Source of the DNA: Nageia nagi
Taxonomy: Eukaryota; Plantae; Pinophyta
Reading direction: 5' to 3'
Length of the DNA: 64,000 nt
Assembly: GCA_050084985.1 (NCBI GenBank)
Contig: JBITNC010000001.1
Span: 52,204,001-52,268,000 of the forward strand
Shown here: positions 28,401-40,846 of the stretch, piece after piece
Numbering within the stretch: the stretch's first letter is position 1
How the letters are laid out: each line of letters opens with the position of its first letter
Notes under the pieces: generated by a model
The model's input: the letters and a program-made list of their open reading frames with translations, nothing else
Told to the model about the DNA's origin: nothing
Database searches by the model: none
Position numbers and translations under genes: made by a program

Positions 28401-31400
28401 CCTCTTGCTATTTGGGCCTTAGATTTAATTGGTGTTATAAATCCCAAATCTAGTGAAGGAAACAAATTCATCCTAGTTTCTACAAAATACTTAACAAAAT
28501 GGGCTAAGGTTATGCTCTTGAAATTCTCCAAAGTCCTCAAATTATGAAATTCATGAGTAAAACCATCATTTCTAGATTTGATGTTCCATCTCATGTCATC
28601 AAGGATAATGGTAATAACTTTAGAAGCAAGCAAGTTATATAATTTTGCAAAAAATTTAAAATCAAGAAAAGGTTTTTATCAACCTAATATCCACAAGGAA
28701 ATGGATAAGAAGAAACGAACAAGATAATTATCAATACATTATACAAGATAGTCAAGAAAAATCACAAAGATTGGCATTCATAACTTATATATGCATTATA
28801 AGAATATAGAATAAGCACCAAATCATCTACAAGTTGTACTCCATTTTCATTAATCTATGGAGATGAGGCAATATTACCATTGAGGTTGAGATACCATCAT
28901 TACAAATGTCTCTAGAAGATATCATAGATTGGGAAGAGTAGTGAAAAATAAGATCAAGTAGCAGAAGGTTTGGATGAAAAGAGATTCCATGCCTTAGAAC
29001 ATCTCAAATATTATCAAAAAATAGCAAAAAAAGCATGTGGCAAGAAGATTGTACCATATGAATTCCAAGTGGATGATCTAGTGCTCAAGGAGAATCATCA
29101 CAAGTCACAAGCTAAGAAATAGGACAAAGGCAAATTTGAGACCAATTGGATTGGTCCTTATATCATTCAGACAAAATATTGAAATAATGCCAAAAAGTTG
29201 GAAATAGTTAATGGGAAAGTTGACAAATTTTCAACCAATGCAAGGCATCTCAATCCCTTTTATGCATGAGGGAAGCTTCTCACACATATTCTATATATCA
29301 TCCTTTAGTCACTCATCAATGCAGATGTCAAGTATCAAGATCTTAGCTTTGTTTTTATTTTGTTGAGCTAATGCTTACACTAGCTTTTTGTGTAAAATTC
29401 CTCAATCATACTAGCTCTTGACACTAGTGTTCTTAATATATTTTAGGTTGAAATCAAATTAACAAGGCTCAATAGTCATAGTCAGACCAAATAAACTATT
29501 AGCACCTTTAGAATTCTATTAATAAGTTATCATTTTTTCAAACCAATGACATCAATATAATTAATTATGTAGATGATATCATGGGTAATCCTATGTAGAT
29601 TTTAGTCATCCCACATAGGCTAATCCTATCAGCTCAATCATACCTTAGTCTTCAAAAATTTGTAGGGTCATATTTAATGCAAGGCCTAGCACCTATGCTA
29701 ACTTTCACACCCGCACTAACATGAGCATCTACTCTAACATTTTATTATCAAATCACACTATTAATCATAGGTAAATGCAAGTGTTATTCTCTACTCTCTT
29801 ATCTTTATGGTCATAATCATCTTTTAATCATTTCATGCTTCATTATCATGCTTAGCACATCATGTCCTTATTGGGTGCATGTTAAATAACCATTATTATT
29901 TGATCACTTGGTTGGGACTAAATCAACCATTTTTATTAAGTTAGCTTTATTATTAGGACTAAATTAATCATTAGTATAATGGCCACATTATCACTAGTAC
30001 TATAATCATGCATGATTGGGAAATATGTAAACCAATAAACCCTTAATCACATCTAAGAATGGGGTAGTACCTCATGATGATGATCCTATCATATAGCATG
30101 GTTGGGAAATATTCAAACCATTCATGTCCCTAAGTCATCTTTGCTAGTTGGTCTCAACTAACCTCCATCTTCGAGTCACCTTTTTTGGTTAGATATCAAC
30201 TAACCATCACCATATTGATTTTCTAATTTATATGTTCCATCTAGGAATGGGGCTTGTACCCCATGACAATGTGGACACACCTTTATCATGATTTTATTAT
30301 GTATGCATATAAGAATGAAACATTGTGTATTTTTGTATTTAGTGTTCTCAAGATGATGTATACATATTATGTTTATTTCATCCTTGCTTCATTATTGCTA
30401 TATCATTTTATGAAATGCTATGACATTTTCTCTTACTATTATTGCTATATCTTTTATGTGTACTTGGAACTTTTTTCCTCTCATTTTTAAGTTTCATTCT
30501 TTGCTCTTGGTTGATTCTACTACATGCAAGTCATTACATCTCACAACCAAGGCAAAGAGAAGGAAATATACATCATCAAAATCCTTGATGATATGGATAG
30601 CTAAACCAGGGAAGTGTTAAATTTTTCTTCCTTTTACCTTTACTTTCTTTTAAATCATAATGTTATTTCAAGATTTAATTTTATTATACTTACAGAGGAG
30701 GGAATGTGTTGACACCTAAAAGCAATCCCCTTAACATGGTACCACTTAGGTCCAACTTACACACACATTTAATCATATTTTACTTTATTATCATATATTT
30801 CTCAAGTTGTGTTCTTATGTTTTATGTTAGGTACATTGAGTCAACTTCAACCAATATTCAAAGGATCAAATGGTGAATCATGCTTGATATAAATGTCAGT
30901 ATCTCTAACCTATTAAGATTAGAATCTTGTTATCACTCTCAAGTAAATATCTATTATCCATTTCTATGATTATATGCATAGTTCAACTTATCTTCATCTC
31001 TATTTTCATCGATCCTTATTGGTAAACCTCATTCTTCAGGAATATTCGTGCTCACGCTAACACCTTTTCTTGCATTGAGCTTTTAGAGACTAGCACCCAT
31101 GCTAGTATTCCTTTGCACTTGGCCTTGGGGTTCATATATCAAAGTCATTTATCTTCAACAAGTTCATCTATCATATCCTCGATATCGATACAGGTAAGGA
31201 CACATAGGTATTTATCTTTTACTCAATTCCTTTATCTTTAGTACATGTAGTTGTGTTTTATATCTTAGCATCAATATAATTTCATTATTATGTTATTATG
31301 CTATTGAATTCCCTTATTCATGTGTGTATATATGAATTAATTAGCTTAGGTTCATCATACAATAAATATTTATGTGTTTTTGTTCATTTAAAGATAAACC

Positions 31401-32100
31401 CTAGGTGTATCAAAACACATATCAACAATTTTTTTTTCTAATGGATAAGAGGATAGAACTAACTTTTAAGATCCTTGAATTCCCTCCAACTTATCATAGC
31501 TAACTCATCATCCATAAAATCTTCCCACCAAACTAGAGCATGTCCTTCTACTTTTAGTATATCTATCTCAACTTTATCCTTATCATCTCCATTCTTTTGC
31601 ACTTGAAAATATAGCTCCATTTTCTTTAGATCAAATTTAGAAGTACATACTAAAATTAGAAAGACATTCTTTTGCATAAAACTCACCAACATTCTTTAGT
31701 TCTAGAATTTCTTTGACAACATTCTAAAGCATTTTTGTAGTATCTAAAATCTCCTTGTAAAATCATCATTCTCTTTGACAATTTCTCTCTAATTTTTGAA
31801 CCAAATTTGTGATCCAATATTTAGGTCTTTGTCAAATATACCACTAAAACATACACTTTGAGATCTAGTTACAAGCATACAAGATAACTATATATACTCT
31901 TGCAACACATATTAATGCATGGTCATTAATCAAAGTCTGCTTTGATACTAAATGATCTATAATCATGAATAAGTTATCCTTTTTTGGAGTTTCAAATACA
32001 TATTTATTTACTTTTATTTTTTATCAACTAACTTATGCTCTTCTAGGAGAATCTACTAAGTATCTCATTAACATAAAATAAATAAAATAATGTATATATA
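22480..32100 (-). mobile_element. Older chromovirus/CRM-like gag split by the Tat insertion; PBS at 31950-31939
   Basis: 31459-31692 reads LKVEGHALVWWE...SWREFKDLKS*FYPL and continues left of 22740 as FHFKSRKGQSILDYTTKF. PBS tagtatcaaagc; its LTR begins at about 31953. Confidence 0.75.
22740..31427 (+). mobile_element. Full-length but decayed Ty3/gypsy Tat-lineage LTR retrotransposon with 5-bp TSD ATTTT
   Basis: LTRs at 22740-23534 and 30707-31427; TSD ATTTT at 22735-22739 and 31428-31432; PBS-like tggtgtccac at about 23538; PPT agaggagggaa. Contains gag (about 24000), protease (about 25320), RT (FMDGFSGYNQI; VYADNIL; KLNPKKCIFG), RH, partial aRH and INT (to about 29270). Confidence 0.92.
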
Positions 32101-33862
32101 AAAATAAGAAATATTTTATGATGGTAAACCCCAATTTGAGGAAACAACTATTTTCCTTTTAGATTTCTTGATTTTGACCAAAATAATGATGTACAATTGT
32201 AATTGGCCTATGTGCTTTTATAAACCTTGAATAACACTTGTAAAAATAGCTCTAGTAGTCATCAAATTCTCTTCATCAATATTCCCCCACTCCAAAATAT
32301 TTCTTAGATGCAAAGCCTTAGTACAATCTAAGAAATGGATACTAGAACAAGTTTACAATGCTTAAACAACCCTCATAATATTCTTAGGGATTTTTTAACA
32401 TTGCTAATTCATCTCCTTAACATCCAAAAGATCTTTATACTTCATCTTTCATCAAGAAAATCTTGTTCATATTCATCTTCCTTCAAAACATGTTCCACCT
32501 ACCCAGCAATGTTGTTGATATTTTTGGTCTGCCCAACAATATTGCCAAACTTAGAATCTATTTTTTCAATCAATTTTGAGTCAATTCAAGGTCAAATTAT
32601 GATCATATATCCTTAGAACCTTTCAAGATGACATCTCACACTTTAAGATATGAATCCCAACATTACTTTGTCTAAACTTTTACCATAACCTAGGGATATA
32701 GTGAAGATCTAGTTAAGTGATCTCACTACAATCCACCAATGTCATCATATTATAGTTCAATAATGGTGTTAAAATATTGAGAGAAGATTTTCCTAAACTT
32801 AAGGAAAAACTCTAATGCCTAAAATTATAAGCTTCAAGATCATTATTTTATTACTCCTAATCTATTTCAATATCAACATTATTCTAGGATATTTTAATTT
32901 TGTTAATTCTAACTTTATCTAGGAGTAGAAAAAGTAGAGCTTAATCTCAATAAGCAAAAACAAGGATATACAGAAAGGAAAATACATGAATATCAGGTTT
33001 AGTTCCAAAAAACCCAAGTTCACTTAGTTAAGAAGAGAATAAAAAAATCATTCAAGTTTTAACAACATAGTAATGACACTAGATATAACATTGATACAAA
33101 TGATTCAAAGTCTAAGCACTTTGGGGGGATCTTCTTAAACTTGAAATGATCATAATGAGATAGTTGACATAGTTTTAGGGTGTATGTGGTATACATAGAT
33201 CATTATTAGAGTGAAATTAAATATTTTATACGAGAAAGTCTATTCCCTTAAAAATTAAGATTATGTATAATCATATAATGTAGTTTCTTAGAAATATATG
33301 CCATGTTCTAAAGAGAAATATGTATCCATGTACTTTTAAGGAATTGAAAGATAAAATTCATACTTTAGGATTAGATTGGCATTGACCAAATAGTGAATCT
33401 AACTAATTTATAAACTTTATTATTTTATTACATTATTTAGTATAGAAATATACTAACAATTATGTTATATAGAACATAATGAATGATTAATTACAAGATA
33501 ATTGATCTTATTTTAAATGATAATTTACTCTAATATTTAATTGTACTTCTAATCATTAGAAATTAAATCACAAGTATTGATAAGTAATAATTATGATATG
33601 TAATGTAATGTCATTAAGAATAATGAAAAATAGTAGTGCTAACATTGATAATAATGTGACAATAATAAAAATCTTGATGATGATAATGATAGTATTCATC
33701 TTAATAATAAAAACAAAAAAACTTTCTAATAGTAAAATGTCATCAAAAATAATAATAATAATAATGAATTATAAAATAATGGTGATACACAATGCTTTCA
33801 ATGTTTATCACATCAGTACCAATATATCATGAATTTAATAGGTCTCCTTATATATATAAAAA

Positions 33863-34540
33863 AGGAAAACTTACCAAAATACCTCTTAATTTATAAAAAT
33901 TACCAAAATACCTCTATAAATTCATAAAATTACCAAAATACCTCTATAAGTTCATGAAATTACCAAAATACCCTTATAAGTTCATGAAAATTACCAAAAT
34001 ATTTTTAAATTTATGAATTAAAAATGAAAAATATTTTAATACTTTAATGAAAAATAAAATAATGATTGTAATATTTCATTCTATTTATTTATTATTTAGA
34101 AAATTGAATACTTTTAATTTATTGTAATAAAAATTCATTGCAAAATTCACATCTTACATACCAATTGAATCTAAAAGACTATCATATCATATTAACATAT
34201 ATTTCTTTAAAAAATTTATAATTTAAAAAAATATATTTTATTTATTTATTATTTTAAAAAAAAAACATAACTCTTCAATTTTTTCAATTGATATAAGAAT
34301 TATATTTATTTTAATTTATATTTATTTATTTATTTAAAAAAAATTTATAAATTTATTGGATCATTTTAATAAATTTTTTTTTTACGTTCTACTCACTATG
34401 ATTTCATATAATTAAAAATATACTAAAAATTTAAAAATAGTTTGGTAATTTTTAAAGATTAAAAGGTATTTTGGTAATTTCATGAACTTGTAAAGGTTGT
34501 TGGTTGAGTTGATCATGTGTTGATTTTGCTGAGCTTTCCC
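33863..34540. mobile_element. Non-autonomous foldback/Mutator-like DNA element with TIRs built from 30-bp tandem repeats
   Basis: Left end GGAAAACTTACCAAAAT vs right end (reverse complement) GGAAAGCTCAGCAAAAT. Five copies of ttaccaaaatacctctataagttcatgaaa at 33871-34000, inverted copies at 34440-34495. AT-rich core; (TA)n on both flanks. Confidence 0.7.
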
Positions 34541-35528
34541 TTTATATATATATATATATACAGCTATGTAATAACCTACTAAAAACTGTTCATCCTATAA
34601 TCAGTTGATCTCCCAGTGAACATTAATATGATTTTCGTTTACCTTTAATTATATATTATATATTAAAATATATAATATATAAAAAGCACGATTCTCGGGG
34701 AATCGTAGTTACGCTGGGAGAATCAACTCTACTATCGTTCGTCAAAGTCAATCTGACGTGCGTGAAGTGAAGATAAATGCCCAGAAAGTTTGTCCGTCAT
34801 CAGATTAGTACTATCAACGGTTAGGGTTGACAAGAAATTCTATACTCTTAGAATTATTTAGTTGGTAAAAAAAAATGTTTATCAAGTGGAAATTTAATCA
34901 ATTAACGAAGGACAGTTTTTAGATTTTAGATTTAAAGGTAGAATAGTTTTTAAATTTAATGGTGAAAATTTAAAACGGATTAGCATTTAGATTTGAAATT
35001 GGAGGTAGTAGATTGAGAGAAGACAATTCCAACCTCAAGCATCAAGATCTTCCTCATTTTAAAGAATTATGTCGACAAAGAGGAGATAAAGAAAATACAA
35101 ATTCATAATGACAAGTTCAAACATTCAAACCCTTATCGAATAATAAAGACTTGTATTAAATAAAATAGATGCGTAGTCAAGATGCCTGCTCATGACAAAC
35201 ACTACAATCCTAATATTTGACGTACGTATTGAAAGCAACCCACCCTCAGCACATATCTCCTCAAATTAAGAATAGTCACAATAGAATAAAAATCAAATCA
35301 AAATGACAAGTCAACATTCAACCCTACAATATAAAGATTGTATAAATAAAATATAGCGTAGTCAAGATGCCCTGCTCAATGCAATACTAAATCTACATAT
35401 TTGAGTACTGTAGGCCTGCTGCTCTATTTGCCTGTCACGATTAATGCCCCACTAGGGCGTTGTGAATTTAGTTGCAAGTCTTAAAACCCACAACACAACA
35501 AGCTCAGCATATTCTGATCTCCCAAAGG

Positions 35529-36839
35529 TTAAGACAGTGGACGCACAAAATCTTCGTCCATCTCCAAACACGCCATAAAAGATGGGAGAAGACATATTTC
35601 CAGATCCACACTGCCGCCTCCTTCCTTTCCCGGATAAGCAGAGATCTTACCGTCAAAATGGTTAGCAAACCCGCTCCTTACTGCCACTGGCTCTCCCCAT
35701 CCAAAATCGGTGTCATACATCCCTAATCGCGGAGAACTTCCCATCTGCAGAGTGTTGGTCTCATATTTATCCAATCGAACCACAACGGGCACCCTGTCCA
35801 GCTCCGCGATCTTTTCCTAATAACTTCATCTCCATGCCCTGCAATGATGTCGTGCAGCAAACGCGCCGCGAAGAACAAGTCGTTGCCCATCAATTCCCCT
35901 GCGGTGGCGGCCGCACTTATGACCTGAATAGCGTTTCCGAAATACGATCCCGGCAGAGGGGGAATCAACCGACCCCGGCAGTTCACAGGCATTCGGAAGA
36001 TTGTAGGCAGATCCGGCCCAAGTCCTCGAGCCCGCGTTATTGCCGCCAAACGTGACCACAAAGCGCCTGGAAGGAAGAGATCGGAACCGGCGAATTCCTG
36101 TTCGCCACTTCTTTCAAGCCTCTGACGTTCTCCTTGGTAAAGTGGACATCTTTACCCGTAGCGGAGGTGGGCGAAGCCGCGGGATGTCTTGTTCTGGGTC
36201 AATGTCAAGCCGACCGACCAGTCCGGTTCCAATCAGACAACGGTCGTGGAAGGGATCAGCGGAGATTTTCCCGTTTCCCCTGCAGAGCTCCGCCCAAGAT
36301 CTGAAAAAGTGCCAGTACGAAGTTCCGTCAGCCACTGCGTGGTTAAACGTGCACCCGACCGAGATCCCGTCAAGGAGCTTCGTTACCTGAATAACCAGCA
36401 ATGGAAGGCGGTGTCCCTCTAGATTGGCGGCGCCCTCGAGAGCATAAAGTTGTTGTACAACGGACGTAACGTCTGCCGTGGTAAAGTCCGCAATGCTGAG
36501 ATCTGAAGAGGCTTCGATGAACTCCGCGCCCGCGTCGTTGCAGTCGATGTAGATCCCTTCCGGGGAAGGAGAAGTGAATCGGCCCGCCATGGGGTAAAAG
36601 TAGACCAGAAGGTTGGAGAGGCTTCTAACAAGAAGATCTACTGTGACTGAGAAATCCCCCACAATACATTTGAAGAGAAGTCCTTTCTGAATGTAGTGGG
36701 CATACAGCAACTGTATATCCAGAACTGTGAGTTTTATCTGCTGTCTTTGAGATGGACGAGATGGAAATACAGTGCGGCTTCGGTCGACACGGATCGCTAA
36801 GGTAGCATCTCCAGAGAGAATGTTGTTATCAGTCGCCAT
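35529..36839 (-). CDS. BAHD acyltransferase copy 1 (DCR/EPS1/At3g50280-like clade), intronless, with three -1 frameshifts as assembled
   Basis: MATDNNILSG start; FYPMAGRF; HAVAD (HXXXD); DFGWG; PVAVRSGFANHFDGK; YPGKEGGGSVDLEICL. Single-base losses relative to copy 2 at about 36146, 36043 and 35816. Confidence 0.93.
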
Positions 36840-37291
36840 TAGAAGATGGGGCACGAGTTGAAAACAACAGAGAAAGGATAACTTGTATCTAGAATGCAGA
36901 GTCCATGCCCACGGGAGCCATGGCATACGAAATTTGGTGGAAATTAATTTAGATTTCACTTTCTATCTTTGACAAGTTAATTTAGATTTCACTTTCTATC
37001 TTTGACGAATCTCAGTGGTAGTTGTAGACTGTTAGCTTGGCTGGTGAAAGTCATTGAATAATAATAGAGGCAAGTATGAGGAGGTTAGCATAACAATCAA
37101 CATAATAGGTCCAGTAGCCAATTTATGGTGTAAATAACATTCCACTTCTTGATTATGCCTTCCACATGGTGGTTTATGAGTTTAGCCACCACTCCTCTCT
37201 AGTGTTTTATATGGTATTTTTTTCGATATCTTATTAAATAAAAATATCAAAATATTAAATTAATGTGATTTTAGTGACAACAAAAATCTTT

Positions 37292-38112
37292 TGTAACTTC
37301 CATTTGTATTGCATCCTTGGTAAGATTATATAAAAAGATTTTTATAGAAAGGATAATATATTCCATATGAAAGTGCATGATAATTGTAGAAGGATTCATG
37401 AAGAAGAACTTCAAGGTAAGAAGCATATGTGAAGGAAGATTTCATTAAGAGAAGACTCGATGAGGGAATAATTTGTAAAAAGAGTCCATGAAGGATCATG
37501 TCATAAAGAGAGAAGAGTCCATAAAAGATCATTTCATAGAGAGAGAAGAGTCCATTATGGAGTACTAGATAGTAAGAAAGACTCAATTTAATGATTATTA
37601 TATTAAGAAATAGATTTCAATATAGGTCTTTAAGAGAAAGTATTCATGGGAAAGGCAAGAGAACTAAATATTGGAACTAGTGAGATATGTGAGAATCTAA
37701 TCATTTTGTGCAAGAACTCTAAGAGGAAATTAGTCAAGTTTGTATTGCAAATTTAGTAAGACTTCCATCATGGACTTGGAAGCATAAATAATTATCCACC
37801 TTGTTTGTGTATGAGATAGATCGCATAGTGTGAATGTAGTAGATCACATCTTATGGGAGCATGCTGTTTGTGGGAGGCATGGTATGTGTTTCTTGATGCA
37901 CATCATTGGAGCTTATTTTGGAGATCATATTAAAGGATGATATTGCATTTTTTCATCATTGAATAGAAGGAAATTGTGATTGTTGTCGTAATTTTTTTCC
38001 TAAAACGTGTTTTCCCAAACAACATTGGTATTTCTCATTGTGCTGTGATGTTATCTCTTTTACTTATTTTGTCAACTTCTATATTGTTGTAGTTGCTCAA
38101 ATTTTAGTTACA
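37292..38112. mobile_element. Possible degenerate solo LTR between BAHD copies 1 and 2
   Basis: TGTAAC...GTTACA termini, CpG-depleted, LTR-like ttttttcctaaaacgtgttttccc motif. No convincing TSD. Confidence 0.35.
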
Positions 38113-38613
38113 AGCACTTACAATCTAAATGTGATAAATTTTTATTTGATAAAAGAAGGTATGATATAGATAACCTATCTTTATGAATCACAACCTTAAC
38201 AACAATGAAAATCTTGATGACAATAATAATAATCTTCATCCTAAGAATAAAAATAAAAAAAATTTCTATAATCTAAAGATTATACTCAATGCTTATCAAT
38301 ATTTATCACATCCAACAATTTATTGGTACGCATTTATTTATCTTTTATATTTAATATTTTCTTTTTTTTATGGCAAATTGAAGAAATATTACTAAAACTG
38401 AAGAAAAATAATACAAATAATCTGTTATCCATTGCAAATGTGATAATAAAAATATAAAAAACTAATGATCAAACAACCATAGCTACAATTTCTCTCACCG
38501 TCCCGAACCCACCTATCAATTCCTTCATTATTTACAGTGCCTGCAACTTTTATTGTTAGTTCAAGTCTTAAAGCTACAACACACAAGCTCAGCACATTTC
38601 CATTTCTCAAAGG

Positions 38614-39928
38614 TTATGACAGTGGACGCACAAAACCCTCGTCCATCTCCAAACATGCCATAAAAGATGGGAGAAGACATATTTCCAGATCCACGCTGCC
38701 GCCTCCTTCCTTTCCCGGATAAGAAGAGACCTTCCCGTCAAAACGGTTCGCAAACCCGCTCCTTACCGCCACGGGCTCTCCCCATCCAAAATCGTTGTCA
38801 TATATTCCAAATCGCGGAGAACTTCCCACATGAACGCAGTTGCTCTCGAATTTATCCTGCCGAACCACAACGGGAACCCTCTCTAGCTCTGCAATCTTTT
38901 CCCTAATAACTTCATCTCCGTGTCGTTGAATAATATCGTGCAGCAAACGCGCCGGGAAGTGCAAATCGTTGTCCATCAACTCCCCTGCTGTGACGGTAGC
39001 ACTTATGAGCTGAATAGCATTGCCAAAATACGATCCCGGTAAGGGGGGAACTAACCGGCTCCGGCAGTTGACAAGTGTTCGGAAAATCGTAGGCAACGTC
39101 CGGGCCCAGGCCCCGAGCCCGCGTTATCGCCCGCCAAACGTGACCGCAAAGCGCCTGGAACGAAGAGATCGGAACCGGCGAATTTCTGTTCGCCACTTCT
39201 TTCAAGCCTCTGACGGTCTCCTTTGTAAAGTGGAATATCTTTACCCGTAGCGGAGGCGGGCAAAGCCGCGGGATGTCTTGTTCTGGGTTAATGTCAAGCC
39301 GACCGATCAGTCCGGTTCCAATCAGACAACGGTGGTTGAAGGGATGTGCGGAAATTTTCCCGTTTCCCCTGCAGAGCTCCGCCCACGAGTTGAAGAAGTG
39401 CCAATATGAAGTTCCGTCAGCCACGGCGTGGTTAAACGTGCAACCGACCGAGATCCCGTCAAGGAGCTTCGTTACCTGAATAGCCAGCAATGGTAGGCGG
39501 TTTCCCTCTAGATTGGCGGCGCCCTCGAGAGCATAAAGTTGTTGTACAACGGACGTAACGTCTGCCGTGGTAAAGTCCGCGATGGTAAGATCTGACGAAG
39601 CTTCAATGAACTCCACTCCCGCGTCGTTGCAGTCGATGTAGATCCCTTCCGGGGAAGGAGAAGTGAATCGGCCCGCCAACGGGTAAAAGTAGACCAGAAG
39701 GTTGGAGAGGCTTCTAACAAGAAGATCTACTGTGACTGAGAAATCGCCCACAGAATATTTGTAGAGGACTCCGTTCTGAATGTAGTGGGCATACAGCAAC
39801 TGTATATCGAGTACTGTGAGTTTTATCTGCTGTCTTCGAGATGGGCGAGATGGAAATACGGTGCGCCTTCGGTCGACACGGATCTGTAAGGTAGCATCTC
39901 CAGAGAGAATGTTGTTATCAGTCGCCAT
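38614..39928 (-). CDS. BAHD acyltransferase copy 2, intronless, about 437 aa, with one +1 frameshift as assembled
   Basis: ORFs 38912-40198 and 38614-39096 join if one base at 39095-39097 is removed. HAVAD and DFGWG motifs are intact; no in-frame stops. Confidence 0.95.
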
Positions 39929-40535
39929 TAGAAGATGGGGCACGATTTGAAAACAAGAACGCAAGTATAGCTTTCCTTTGAGTTCTAAGGATAGGACTGG
40001 CTGGATTGGTAAAGAGAAATTGAGGAGATTCGGGTATAGAGTTTTCGGAATCTGTTCCGAGTGTTCAACAGGTAGAAGAAGGTCTTTCGAATACGGAACT
40101 TTGGTTGAGTAAGAAAAAGAATTCCGAACGGAAGTCAGTCTATGCTCCCCGCAAGTGTAAAAAGAGGATAAGGACACGTGGTGTGAGTACGAGTTCACGT
40201 AAAATATGAGGAGGATTAGTTATGAAATTCTTTGTTATTTATTGAATCTTTTAAATTCAGGAAATTGATTATGCATTACAAAATAATAAATTCAATAATC
40301 AACATGAACATCATATTCTTTTAGCTTGCTTTTAGAACATTCATTTTTCATGATATTTTTCTTGTAGAAAATTATAGTAGATAATTCATATTTTTTAAGG
40401 AATTGAATTTTGATTCTTAGGTTATAAAATCAAGGATGCTTTCATTCCATGATACATTTATTATAATGAGATTGTTGAAGCTGTATAAAATCTTCAATCT
40501 AATTTATGAATTATTTATGGGATCTCCAAATATTT

Positions 40536-40846
40536 TATGTAAAGATTAAAGAATTAAATATTTTCTTGTAATATAAACTATCTTCCTCATGAAGGTGATG
40601 GTAACTATTCTCTCTACTTAACTAGTATTGCACTACAAAGAGAATATGGAGAGAAAGTGATGTATGAACATCATAGGAGAACACTTAAGTGATGTATGTA
40701 AAGATTAAAGAATTAAATATTTTCTTATAATATAAACTATCTTCCTCATGAAGGTGATGGTAACTATTCTCTCTACTTAACTAGTATTGCACTACAAAGA
40801 GAATATGGAGAGAAAGTGATGTATGAACATCATAGGAGAACACTTA
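40536..40846. repeat. Near-perfect 152-bp tandem duplication with a 7-bp filler
   Basis: 40536-40687 and 40695-40846 differ at one base; filler agtgatg at 40688-40694. Confidence 0.95.

Noticed and set aside
33593-33832. 79-aa I/M/N-rich ORF (and the similar 38183-38395)
   Set aside because: Low-complexity (AAT/GAT)n sequence.
35472-39720. Numerous overlapping antisense and alternate-frame ORFs across the BAHD genes
   Set aside because: Shadow ORFs of GC-rich coding sequence, with no independent motifs.
39929-40198. N-terminal extensions of the BAHD ORFs (also 36840-36959)
   Set aside because: They start at non-ATG codons and are not conserved between copies beyond about 9 codons; MATDNN is the likely start.
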